Assembly (NCBI GenBank): GCA_965207445.1
Contig: CBDBLX010000002.1
Coordinates: forward strand, 2,295,849-2,359,848
Length of the DNA stretch: 64,000 nucleotides
DNA from: Nitrosopumilus sp.
Lineage (GTDB): Archaea; Thermoproteota; Nitrososphaeria; Nitrososphaerales; Nitrosopumilaceae
Reading direction: 5' to 3'
Below the pieces are notes generated by a model that was given only the letters and a program-made list of their open reading frames with translations, was not told the origin of the DNA and ran no database searches. Each line of letters begins with the position of its first letter. Positions within the stretch are counted from its first letter, which is position 1. Positions 31,017-40,916 of this stretch are shown here, in pieces. Both the position numbers and the translations under genes were made by a program.

Positions 31017-31580
31017 CTACGGGATTGATCTGCTGTACAGTTTGCCCTCTAGGGCCATCTTGTACATTTCTGCAACGTATGGATTCTCACCAGGAGTCTC
31101 TGCGCCCAACTCTACGAGTCTAGCGTATACTCTAACCACATAAGCAAGTGCTCCCATGAATGCCACTACGACACCCATATTGAACATCCAGTGATTAGGT
31201 ACTGCAAAGATTTCCTCTACAAACCAAAAGTGCCACATCTCATTAACTCCAATTGTAAACATGGTCGCTAAATAACCAAGAATGGTCATCTTCAGACCCG
31301 TATTCATAGAGTTGTTTGGTCCTCTGAGAACAGGTACCTTTCGGTCATATATAGCAGCAGCACCCCAACCTAATGGAAGTGCAACAAAGTGCGAATATAG
31401 CCACCAGTGTGCAGGAGTAAATGCACTATCTCTAATCGATGTCTGGTGGAGAGATCCATCAACGAAGTTATCAACTTCAACTGATGCTGCAGTTGATCCC
31501 ATTGCAATGACGATCAGCCAGATCTTCTTTAGTCTCTGGATCTCGACTTCCTTTGGGATTAATGCGGGCATTTGTGCCAT
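31017..31580 (-). CDS. amoC: archaeal ammonia monooxygenase subunit C
   Basis: MAQMPALIPKEVEIQRLKKIW, DGSLHQTSIRDSAFTPAH and NEMWHFWFVEEIFAVPNHW. Confidence 0.97.
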   Translation of the reverse strand: MAQMPALIPKEVEIQRLKKIWLIVIAMGSTAASVEVDNFVDGSLHQTSIRDSAFTPAHWWLYSHFVALPLGWGAAAIYDRKVPVLRGPNNSMNTGLKMTILGYLATMFTIGVNEMWHFWFVEEIFAVPNHWMFNMGVVVAFMGALAYVVRVYARLVELGAETPGENPYVAEMYKMALEGKLYSRSIP

Positions 31581-32014
31581 AGATATATTCAGTCAGTTTA
31601 GACATATAAAGTACTAGAATTAAAACACCTACATATTTACAGAAAAATTATATTAAAACAAATTGTAATATAATTTCAAATACTATTTTCATAAAAAACA
31701 TGTAAAAATTTTATAGTAAAAATGACAAAATCAATGTTAAGCATTATTGTTAATCAATGGGTTTACAAACTTGAAAACTAGATACTATTACATCAATAGA
31801 ACTTGTTCAAGGTCAAATATCCATACATTCTAGTCAAGCATGACAGATACTAAATCTCAACTAGTTAAATATACACACACTAAACGCCAATTGTTCAACG
31901 GTTTAAATTGTACATATAGTAAAATGAGGCTCAGATCATCGAATTATGATGCAGGTTTGTCGCATAAAGTAAAACATATAACGGTATATTATTTGAATAT
32001 GAATAAGGGATACT

Positions 32015-32584
32015 ATGTTCGAAAAGAAGATTTTCGTATTAGGACTGGCCGTGGTGCTAGCGCTAGGGACATTAGGATTCAACTGGGTTGAATCAATATT
32101 TCCAAGTGCAGAAGCACACGGTGTTCAGGCACAACTCATAAGCCGGTTTATTAGAATCGAAGACGAGACATTTAACAGACAGTCACTACAGACAGGTGAA
32201 ACCCTCACACTGACTGGAAATCTAGTTAGTCTAGTAGAGAGAGATCTCAGAGGATGGCTGTCTATATTCTCAGAATCGACAAATGCCGGTAACAGATGGG
32301 AGATGCTAGCTAGGGATCCCCCAGGCAACGTCTTTGACATTCCTGGAAATAGCCAATTAGAGTATAGTTTGTCTGCAAAGGCGCTAGAAGCAGGTGTATA
32401 CCATGTACACACCCAGCTCAATGTAGCTAGCGTTGGTCCTGGATTAGGTCCAGGTCAGACAGTAGTCGTAGAAGGCGACAATATACTCAAGCCAATTCCA
32501 TACACGAACATTGCATACCAGTCGATTATAATCGGAGTAGGATATGTGATTACGTTTGCCACTAGACCCTGGCAGGTAATCTAA
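32015..32584 (+). CDS. amoB: archaeal ammonia monooxygenase subunit B
   Basis: Signal/TM then AEA-HGVQAQ, GVYHVHTQLNV, C-terminal FATRPWQVI. Confidence 0.97.
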   Translation: MFEKKIFVLGLAVVLALGTLGFNWVESIFPSAEAHGVQAQLISRFIRIEDETFNRQSLQTGETLTLTGNLVSLVERDLRGWLSIFSESTNAGNRWEMLARDPPGNVFDIPGNSQLEYSLSAKALEAGVYHVHTQLNVASVGPGLGPGQTVVVEGDNILKPIPYTNIAYQSIIIGVGYVITFATRPWQVI

Positions 32585-32826
32585 AACCCACAATTCCTTT
32601 TTCCTTTTCATTTTATTTTATGGTTAATGTAATTTGTAACCTTGTGCAGGTAACCAAATCAATGTAAAGAGTCATATACTTTTTGTACAAGATTATTTAA
32701 TTGGTTATTTAGTTATTGTCCATTATTAATTAGTAAATTAAATATATATAATCATTAAATTATTAAGTAAAAAAAAGTGACGTGTTGCCAAGTGTTATTT
32801 GTGCCATTTTGACATATACAAGTGAC

Positions 32827-33159
32827 ATGCTGAGTTTTCACATAATTAAACTAGACATTGCTCAAAGTTACTTTGTAGGAAAAGTAGAGTTCCATACAGA
32901 TGCATACAAAATAAACATTCAATGCCAGAGAAGAGATAAGGTACTAAGAATACCATTTCCAATACCAAACTACACGACAAAAGACAAAAAAAGAATGTTG
33001 GTTCGGTTATCAGGTCCAAACGGAGTTTATGTAGAAGATTGGCTAGTGTACGATGAGAAATGGCAATCAGAGTGGCTTGAGATCGATTCTGATGAAATTA
33101 CATATTATTTGGCAGATCATCAAGATGAGATCGATACAGTAGAGATTCTGCCCAATTAA
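32827..33159 (+). CDS. conserved hypothetical protein downstream of amoB
   Basis: ORF with VRLSGP, EWLEIDSDEITYYLADHQD; start taken at MLSFH. Confidence 0.7.
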   Translation: MLSFHIIKLDIAQSYFVGKVEFHTDAYKINIQCQRRDKVLRIPFPIPNYTTKDKKRMLVRLSGPNGVYVEDWLVYDEKWQSEWLEIDSDEITYYLADHQDEIDTVEILPN

Positions 33160-33335
33160 GAAAATGGTGAATTATCACAACAACGTAATTTAAACATAAA
33201 GATCATAAAAATAACATGGTGGGTTTGAGACATTAGTATTATCAAATTTAATGTGGTGTTTAATGCATCCCATATAATGCCAAGTTTTACTCATCATGCA
33301 AAGGGATTTAAAAAAGCAAGTAACAATTACAATAT

Positions 33336-33869
33336 ATGAAGTGGCCAGGTACTAGCGATCCATACAAACGAAAAAAGACAATACGATTCTTGGTAATTAC
33401 TGCCATAATTGGCATTTCAGTTGCAGCGGCTAGTAGCATAATACAACAATTGCTCAGTATTGATGATCCACTCAAGGTTTGTATAAACGACAGAAACACA
33501 CCATACAAAGCCAGTGCCACATTGGAGATTATTATAGATGGTGTAAAGGCAGACATTCCAGCAAATATAGGAAACATGGATCAATGTAAAAGGACAATGT
33601 ATACACTGCATGATGATGGAACCATATATGTCGAATGGGAAGAAGAATACCCATTTCAAATAGGCCACTTTTTGTGGATGTGGGAATTTCCACTCAAAGA
33701 CATGAAACAAGACAAGTCCAGGATATCTGTAAATGGACTAGAGTCACCACAATTCATAAATCATCCATTCATAGATGGTGCACACTACAAAGCAGAGTTT
33801 ACATCAAAAGAGTACGACGATACAAAGGATCAGGACTTTTTGCCACCGATAATACAAGATGACACGTAA
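33336..33869 (+). CDS. membrane-anchored hypothetical protein
   Basis: N-terminal TM; IPANIG..C.R.MYT...DGTIYVEW. Confidence 0.8.
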   Translation: MKWPGTSDPYKRKKTIRFLVITAIIGISVAAASSIIQQLLSIDDPLKVCINDRNTPYKASATLEIIIDGVKADIPANIGNMDQCKRTMYTLHDDGTIYVEWEEEYPFQIGHFLWMWEFPLKDMKQDKSRISVNGLESPQFINHPFIDGAHYKAEFTSKEYDDTKDQDFLPPIIQDDT

Positions 33870-33942
33870 CAAAGATCAAGGTTAGATTCAGTATCATAAT
33901 TGAGTCAAAAAGACAATACAGTTGATTATGTAATAGGGGTTA

Positions 33943-34121
33943 CAGTGTACGTGTTCATGAGAGTGATGTGTTGATCTCTACCACCTGTGGTTCTTGAGAG
34001 TTTTGTAAGATCGATAGTTGCAGTGTACGTGTTCATGAGAGTGATGTGTTGATCTCTACCACCTGTGGTTCTTGAGAGTTTTGTAAGATCGATAGTTGCA
34101 GTGTACGTGTTCATGAGAGTG
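33943..34121. repeat. 78-bp perfect tandem repeat x2.3
   Basis: Units start at 33943, 34021 and 34099 (CAGTGTACGTGTTCATGAGAGTG...). Confidence 0.92.
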
Positions 34122-34506
34122 GTATTGATGAATGGGCATGTTGATGAATAATGCTTGCAGTTACGATCATTGGCTCATCAGTCAGGTGTGTTGATGGCGG
34201 GTGGTGGGTGGGTGGGGAGGGTGTTGATGGATGAGGGTGGCAAGTCACATCCACAGGTTCAAAAAAAAGCAATGTGAACATAATTATTATTTTGTACATG
34301 CTCAAGCACCCACATATCAAAAAAACAGGCAGGCATGTTTGTCAAATGTAACATGTTCAAATTAAAAAATAGTTTAAAGCACTACAACAATGCCAATTCG
34401 TTATTCTCAAGTCATTAAAAAACATCAAATGACGCGCGTGTAAACTGGTGCTGTTAATAATCCAAACAGATTGAAAAATGATGATAAAATATGGTAAAGC
34501 AAGCAC

Positions 34507-34776
34507 TTACCAGTACTTGCCATTATCTGGAATCAGACCTATACCTTCACGTTCAAAGTGCCTGTCCAGTTCGTCGACCCATTTTTCACGATTGTCTTTG
34601 TAAGCCCAACCGTGAACACGTAACCAGAATGCTATAATCCCAAGTAGGAATACAGTAAACATCATGGTTCCAAAGATGTAGATCATTACATCAAAGAATA
34701 GCGGATCATAGTTTGGTCCTAGCTGTCCTGCAATTGCAGATATAATGCTTAGGAAGATTCCAACTATTGGTTCCAT
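34507..34776 (-). CDS. small membrane protein near amoB, candidate AmoZ-like accessory subunit
   Basis: Hydrophobic helix FFDVMIYIFGTMMFTVFLLGIIAFW then charged tail; position between amoB and rps15; identity recalled, not verified. Confidence 0.55.
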   Translation of the reverse strand: MEPIVGIFLSIISAIAGQLGPNYDPLFFDVMIYIFGTMMFTVFLLGIIAFWLRVHGWAYKDNREKWVDELDRHFEREGIGLIPDNGKYW

Positions 34777-35015
34777 GTAAAATGTGGACTGTGTGTATTT
34801 TATATACATTACTGTTTAAAGAATCAATAGTGATTTTGGGCAATGTAACGGCTATTCACATGTATTCAAGAACAAAGTACACAAACAACATAAATTTTGA
34901 TGTATACATTTAATCAAGATAACCATGTCCATTTATAAATAACCAATTGTATATAAAACAACGCGTGCCACACACGCCAATAACTAGTAATAAAATAAGA
35001 AAGAGGTCAGAGTGA

Positions 35016-35348
35016 TTATCCTCTGCCCATTGCAGCATATTTGCCAGAACGACTTTTCAAAAAGAACGCGCCGGCAATACCACCAAATATTGCTCCAGCA
35101 ATAATTGATGCGCCAACAACTCCACCAGCATCAAGATAAGGAGTTCCAGATCCTGATGCAGGATTGCTATTAACAAGCTCTATGCGACTTTGTTGAATTG
35201 CAAGTGCCTCTTCAAGGGTATGTGAACCTGTTTCACCACCTGATCCAACATTACCCATATACACAGCAAATGCAGTTGATGCAGCGCCCATTGTTCCAAA
35301 GAGAAAGACTGACAGCATTGTTGCTGTTAATATCATCTTTGTATTCAT
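35016..35348 (-). CDS. small exported protein with C-terminal TM helix
   Basis: Signal peptide ending AFA; TLEEAL...GSGTPYLDA.GV.GA...GAIFGGIA. Confidence 0.8.
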   Translation of the reverse strand: MNTKMILTATMLSVFLFGTMGAASTAFAVYMGNVGSGGETGSHTLEEALAIQQSRIELVNSNPASGSGTPYLDAGGVVGASIIAGAIFGGIAGAFFLKSRSGKYAAMGRG

Positions 35349-35560
35349 AGTATTTGTGGACTTTGTGCTTATTTAAAACTTTTTGAAAGTGGTACAAAGA
35401 ACGAATTAAAGCCATACACCGACAATAAGTGCAATTACAAGCAACGCAATATCAAAAAAAAAGATTCAAAATGACAACTTGATGGTATTTGTACTATACA
35501 TCCATTTACAAAAAAAAAGTATTGGCAAGGTTTAAGTTAACAGTGTACAAGACAAATTTA

Positions 35561-36010
35561 ATGGGTCGAATGCACACACACAGACATGGCAAGTCACACT
35601 CCATTAGACCACATATACTTGCAGAGCCTACATGGGTAAAAAACACACCACAGGAAGTTGAAGAGTTGGTGGTAAAGTATTCAAAAGACGGAATGACACC
35701 AAGCCAGATAGGCATCAAACTCAGAGATCAACATGCAGTACCACTTGTCAAGATGGTAACAAAAAAGACAATAGGTCAAATACTAAAAGAGAACAAACTA
35801 CACCCCGACATGCCAGAAGACTTGGAGAATATTGTAAAGAAAGCAGTGGGATTACAAAAACACCTAAAGGATAATCGAGGCGATCATAGGAACACAAGAT
35901 CGCTTGAATTGATAGAAGCAAAAGTGCACAGGTTGTCAGTATACTATAAGAAGACTGGCCGGATACCCAAGAATTGGAAATATAAATCAGTCGTGGCTCA
36001 ATTAGAGTAA
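35561..36010 (+). CDS. rps15: 30S ribosomal protein S15 (uS15)
   Basis: MGRMHTHRHGKSHS, SQIGIKLRDQH and LIEAKVHRL..YYK. Confidence 0.96.
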   Translation: MGRMHTHRHGKSHSIRPHILAEPTWVKNTPQEVEELVVKYSKDGMTPSQIGIKLRDQHAVPLVKMVTKKTIGQILKENKLHPDMPEDLENIVKKAVGLQKHLKDNRGDHRNTRSLELIEAKVHRLSVYYKKTGRIPKNWKYKSVVAQLE

Positions 36011-37491
36011 TGCCGTCACAAAAGTCACTAAGCTCCGCACTAAGTCTGTTTCGTGACAGAGTGAATGATTGTATAAAATCAAACGGTTCAATACTTGTGA
36101 CTACACACATTGACTGCGATGGATTAGCATCAGGCAGTATCATAGCAAAGGCACTCATTAGGGCAGGCGCAAGATGTACTGTAACTAGCTCAAAAGAGTT
36201 CAGTGATACAGTGATCGAGTTTCTAAAATCTCGATCACAAGATCTTTGTATAGTGACTGACTTGGGAGGCGGGTTTGCATCAAAGATGAACAATATACTC
36301 GGAGATGACAAGTGGATAATACTTGATCACCACCAAATATCAGATGAAGAGATAGACAACCCAAATGTGATAAATTCATGGAAGTATGATATTAACGGAG
36401 GTAGGGAGATATCAGCAGGAGGTATGGCATACATGGCATCCATGAAATTGGATGAAAAAAATTCAGACCTCTCAACCATAGCAGTAGTATCAGCACTAGG
36501 GGACAGACAGGACCAAGGCGAGAAGAGATCATTTGTTGGAAAAAACTTTGAAATTGCACAAGTTGCAAAAAAACAAGGACTTTTGGAGGTTGACATAGAC
36601 TTGTTGTTGGTTGGAAGAGAGACAAGACCGCTATCTAGTGCGCTTGCATACACATCACATCCATACATTGATGGATTAACTTGGAATAGAGACACATGCC
36701 ATAAACTATTGAAAAGGGCAAATGTAAAGCTAAAAGAGGACGGGAGATTGCGCGTACCAGCAGAGTTAGATGAGGATGAGAAAAAACGTGTAATCGAGTC
36801 TATTGCACAATACACATCAAAAGATCATGATGATTATGCCAAGAAAATAATGATGTCAGAGTTGATAGGATATACATACACATTTCTAAAAGAGGATAGG
36901 TGTGGGCTACTTCGAGACGCAAGAGAGTTTGCCACAATGCTCAACTCATGCGGCAAGATCAACAGGGCAGGAATAGGAATTGCCATATGTATGGGGAATC
37001 GAACAAAGAGTCTGCAAGAAGGAGAATCAATTCTAAAAGAATACAAGAGGAGAATTAAAAAGTCCATAAACATACTTACTAATGAACGATGGCGTATATC
37101 TGAGATGCCAAATAAATCATATCTGACAATTAATGCTCAGAGTGTAGTTCAAGAGACAATGTCAGGTACCATAGCATCAATAATATCAGGTGCACCAAGA
37201 AATGCAGGTAAAGCAGTCATACTATGGACAAAAACAGAAGAAGAGGAGAAGATAGTAAAGATCTCTGCAAGGCGTTCTCACAATATACCAAATGATGATG
37301 ATGACAAGAGGGGGAGTACCAATAGTACCAATTTGGGAGAGTTAATGAGCAAGACAGCAGCAGAGTGTGCAGGTATTGGTGGCGGACATAATACGGCAGC
37401 AGGAGCTAAAATAACTAAAGACAAATTAGATGACTTTTTAAGAATACTTGATGAAAACATCTCTAAAATGCACAGTTCAGATCAAGGTTAA
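36010..37491 (+). CDS. DHH-family phosphoesterase (RecJ/GAN-like)
   Basis: THIDCDG, TDLG, ILDHH and GGGH..AAG motifs. Confidence 0.92.
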   Translation: MPSQKSLSSALSLFRDRVNDCIKSNGSILVTTHIDCDGLASGSIIAKALIRAGARCTVTSSKEFSDTVIEFLKSRSQDLCIVTDLGGGFASKMNNILGDDKWIILDHHQISDEEIDNPNVINSWKYDINGGREISAGGMAYMASMKLDEKNSDLSTIAVVSALGDRQDQGEKRSFVGKNFEIAQVAKKQGLLEVDIDLLLVGRETRPLSSALAYTSHPYIDGLTWNRDTCHKLLKRANVKLKEDGRLRVPAELDEDEKKRVIESIAQYTSKDHDDYAKKIMMSELIGYTYTFLKEDRCGLLRDAREFATMLNSCGKINRAGIGIAICMGNRTKSLQEGESILKEYKRRIKKSINILTNERWRISEMPNKSYLTINAQSVVQETMSGTIASIISGAPRNAGKAVILWTKTEEEEKIVKISARRSHNIPNDDDDKRGSTNSTNLGELMSKTAAECAGIGGGHNTAAGAKITKDKLDDFLRILDENISKMHSSDQG

Positions 37492-37771
37492 TGGCTTGAC
37501 TCCACAGCAGATAACATCAGTAAAGATGGCACTAGAACCAGACAACATACAGATGCCAAAAGGGCTCAAAGTTGTGATCAAAGATGACAAAAAAGCGCTC
37601 AAAGAGTCAAAACCGACAATGAGATTAGAGTTTTCACAGACACAATATAACATGGAAAAAAAAGGAGATAAAAACAAGGTAGCAACACACGCTATCGGAT
37701 ACCTTGTAGGAACAGTAGATGAAGTGTTAGAGCATGTACAAGTTGCACTAAAGGTGATTGGTGATGATTGA
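37448..37771 (+). CDS. pcc1: KEOPS complex subunit Pcc1
   Basis: ALEPDN..P.GL motif; conserved rps15-DHH-pcc1-serS-rps3ae order. Confidence 0.75.
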   Translation: MMKTSLKCTVQIKVNGLTPQQITSVKMALEPDNIQMPKGLKVVIKDDKKALKESKPTMRLEFSQTQYNMEKKGDKNKVATHAIGYLVGTVDEVLEHVQVALKVIGDD

Positions 37772-39038
37772 TCCGGATATAATTAGAAAAAACCCACAAG
37801 AGATCAGAAAAATGCTAGATGCACGTGCAATGAATGATTTTGATCTTGATGCATTTGTTGCATGTGACGCAGAGAGGGTGAGATTGATGAGTGAGGCAGA
37901 TGAGTTACGTTCAAGACGTAACAAGATAGGCATTAGCATATCAGAGGCAAAAAAGAACAAAAAGGATGTTTCAGATATGATATCTCAAATGAGTCAGATA
38001 GTAAAAGAACTTGACACCTTAAATGACCATATAGATACAGTAGAGTCAATTTATCATAAGATCTCAAAGACCATTCCAAATATGATAGATAATACTGTAC
38101 CCGTTGGTCCAGATGAATCTGCAAACATTCAAGTTAGAGTGTGGGGTGACACATTAAACCCCGAATTTGAGGCAAAGAATCATGTCGATATATCTGAAAA
38201 TTTAGATCTAATAGACTTGAGGAGAGCCGCCAAGGTAGCAGGTGCAAGGTTCTACTATCTTAAAGGAGATCTGACCAGACTAAACTATGCACTAGTGCAA
38301 TTTGCACTAAACTTTTTAGTAGAGAAAGGGTATATGTTGATTCAACCACCATATATGATAAATCGCAAATCTATGGAAGGAGCAGTTATAGCAGATGACT
38401 TTGAGGATGTCATATACAAAATAGACAACGAAGATCTATACATGATTGGGACATCAGAGCACGCAATTGCAGCAATGCATGCAGACGAGATACTTGATGG
38501 AAAAAAGTTACCACTCAGGTATGCAGGCATTAGTCCATGTTTTAGAAAAGAAGCAGGTGCACATGGACGAGACCAAAAAGGAATATTCAGAGTACATCAA
38601 TTTGAAAAAATTGAGCAGTTTGTATTTACAAAACCCGAAGAGTCATGGTCAGAACACGAGAGAATGTTACAGATAGCCGAAGAGTTCTACCAAAGATTAG
38701 AGATTCCACATAGAGTTATGATGCTCTCATCAGGCGATATGGGAAAAATATCTGCAAAGACATATGATATAGAGGCATGGATGGCAGGACAGAGTGCATA
38801 CAGAGAGATAGTATCATGCTCCAACTGTACAGAGTACCAATCAAGAAGACTCAAGATAAGATACAGAGATAGAACAGATGAAAACACAACATATGTACAC
38901 ACATTAAATAGCACACTAGTTGCAACCACAAGAGTACTTGTTGCCATACTAGAAGACTTTCAGACAAAAGACGGCCACATTACAATACCAAAAGAGTTGG
39001 TACCATATATGGGAGACGGCAAACAAAAAGAGATCTGA
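37764..39038 (+). CDS. serS: serine--tRNA ligase
   Basis: GTSEH, CFRKEAG, GIFRVHQFEK, EIVSCSNC and HTLNST motifs. Confidence 0.97.
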   Translation: MIDPDIIRKNPQEIRKMLDARAMNDFDLDAFVACDAERVRLMSEADELRSRRNKIGISISEAKKNKKDVSDMISQMSQIVKELDTLNDHIDTVESIYHKISKTIPNMIDNTVPVGPDESANIQVRVWGDTLNPEFEAKNHVDISENLDLIDLRRAAKVAGARFYYLKGDLTRLNYALVQFALNFLVEKGYMLIQPPYMINRKSMEGAVIADDFEDVIYKIDNEDLYMIGTSEHAIAAMHADEILDGKKLPLRYAGISPCFRKEAGAHGRDQKGIFRVHQFEKIEQFVFTKPEESWSEHERMLQIAEEFYQRLEIPHRVMMLSSGDMGKISAKTYDIEAWMAGQSAYREIVSCSNCTEYQSRRLKIRYRDRTDENTTYVHTLNSTLVATTRVLVAILEDFQTKDGHITIPKELVPYMGDGKQKEI

Positions 39039-39186
39039 TGAAGCCAAATATTGCAGTCAAATATTGCAGTCAAATATTGATTGTAGATGCACTTAGTCTA
39101 TTAGTATGTAGACTCGCAGTGTGTGGATTGATCGCCAAATACGGTATTTGATTACCCTTATATTTTAGACTCAGAGTGTCAAATAA

Positions 39187-39798
39187 TTGGCACGCCGAAA
39201 AGGTAGAGTGAAAGACAAATGGCGCGAGAAGCGTTGGGTGACTGCGCACGCACCGCCATCATTTAACAATGTCAAGATAGGGTACATACCCATAACAGAT
39301 GATGAAACAGCGCAGGGACGTGTCATAGAGGTAACACTACATGACATACTCAAAGGAGATGCATCTCAATACCAATACAAGATGTACTTTCAGGTCAGTA
39401 GTATAGAAGGAGACAAAGCACACACTATGTTTAAGAGATTTGAATACTCTAAAGAATTTCTACGTAGTCTAGTACGAAGAGGGTCATCAAAGATAAATCT
39501 TACCATAGATGTAAAGACAAAAGACGGATACATATTTCGAATAAAGATCATAGCCTTGACGCATAGACAACTCAACACCTCAAGACAACATGCACTCAGA
39601 CTTATCGCACAAGACATAATCAACAAGAGTGTGCCGGAGATGACAATTGATCAGTTTGTACAAGCTACTTGTTATAGTAAGATTAACTCAGATATAATGG
39701 CAGCATTCAAAAAAGTGATAAGGGTACGACATGTAGGACTTGAAAAAGTAAAGCTGGTTAGAACAGCAGAAAAAGAGACAGTTCTACTACAAGCATAG
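39187..39798 (+). CDS. rps3ae: 30S ribosomal protein S3ae (eS1)
   Basis: KDKWREKRW, GRVIEVTL and LRSLVRRGSSKI. Confidence 0.95.
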   Translation: MARRKGRVKDKWREKRWVTAHAPPSFNNVKIGYIPITDDETAQGRVIEVTLHDILKGDASQYQYKMYFQVSSIEGDKAHTMFKRFEYSKEFLRSLVRRGSSKINLTIDVKTKDGYIFRIKIIALTHRQLNTSRQHALRLIAQDIINKSVPEMTIDQFVQATCYSKINSDIMAAFKKVIRVRHVGLEKVKLVRTAEKETVLLQA

Positions 39799-39845
39799 TA
39801 GTAAACATCTAGAATAACATATTTTGAAGATCATTACACAGTACA

Positions 39846-40346
39846 ATGATGCAAAGCAAAGTAGAGGTGACAATAAGTGTCATTATTCATGCGACTGAAA
39901 ATGCAAACATAGTGATAAATGCAATCGGGGATCTTGGAGTGAAGCACGATGTATTTGAATCCACCAAGACAACAGGGCATTTTAATAACATAATAACAAT
40001 TTACAATGCAAGGATAACAGGTAATGACGCCAGACATTTTGTACAAAAATTCACAGAGATGCTTTCAGACGATGATCTAGATATGTTAATCAAGCAGAGT
40101 CCAGAGAGAACCGTGGATTCTAGACTTCATATAAGAATAGAGAAGCAGACGATGATCAGAGATCGACGAATAGAGATAATCAACTTGTACGAATCAGATA
40201 ACAAAGATGACGACCACAATCAACGAAATATTACAAGAGATATGATAAAAATAAAAATTTACACGCCAATATACAATAAAAGAGATACAGTGCAAGTGTT
40301 TGAAAAAATCTTACGAGGTAACAGCAACAGCAACAGCAAACCATAA
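39846..40346 (+). CDS. DUF54-like RNA-binding protein
   Basis: IIHATEN, GHFNN.I and LHIRIEKQ motifs. Confidence 0.75.
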   Translation: MMQSKVEVTISVIIHATENANIVINAIGDLGVKHDVFESTKTTGHFNNIITIYNARITGNDARHFVQKFTEMLSDDDLDMLIKQSPERTVDSRLHIRIEKQTMIRDRRIEIINLYESDNKDDDHNQRNITRDMIKIKIYTPIYNKRDTVQVFEKILRGNSNSNSKP

Positions 40347-40385
40347 ACAAATTGCATTTTGAGAAGAGTGTCAATAATTATATCA

Positions 40386-40603
40386 GAATGTCATCATCGT
40401 GAATGTCATCATCGTGAATGTCATCATCGTGAATGTCATCATCGTGAATGTCATCATCGTGAATGTCATCATCGTGAATGTCATCATCGTGAATGTCATC
40501 ATCGTGAATGTCATCATCGTGAATGTCATCATCGTGAATGTCATCATCGTGAATGTCATCATCGTGAATGTCATCATCGTGAATGTCATCATCGTGAATG
40601 TCA
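40386..40603. repeat. 15-bp perfect tandem repeat (GAATGTCATCATCGT) x14.5
   Basis: Contiguous identical units with no spacers. Confidence 0.97.
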
Positions 40604-40750
40604 CGCTATTACAAATTTCATAAATTAAACAATCATCTCAAAATCACAATCAGGTGTACAAATAGATACCACAAGCAAAAAAATTGCATAAATACGGATT
40701 ATTTACTATAGTTGCTACACATTAAATAACAGATCATGTCACTACAATCA

Positions 40751-40819
40751 GGGAATGAGGAGATAATAGCCGCTCCAATCTGAGCCAACGCTATGAAGAA
40801 CCCGCGACAAACCGACCCC
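40751..40819 (+). ncRNA. putative C/D box sRNA
   Basis: GGG - C box ATGAGGA - guide - D' CTGA - C' ATGAAGA - 12-nt guide ACCCGCGACAAA - D CCGA - CCC. Confidence 0.65.
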
Positions 40820-40916
40820 AACTATCACTCATCATTCAAACGACCATATGGTGCCAAATTGCCACCAAAAATGACATTCATATGATTTTAAATACCAAGA
40901 TATAGAGTTCAGTGTA

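Noticed and set aside
31840..32091. 83-aa ORF between amoC and amoB as amoX
   Set aside because: No hydrophobic helices or AmoX-like sequence, and it overlaps amoB out of frame.
33943..34121. CRISPR mini-array (23-bp motif recurring three times)
   Set aside because: The intervening 55-bp segments are identical, so it is a tandem duplication.
40359..40628. ORFs ECHHR/MTFTM/NVIIV as genes, or the array as CRISPR
   Set aside because: They are reading frames of a stop-free 15-bp tandem repeat; there are no spacers and no cas genes in the window.
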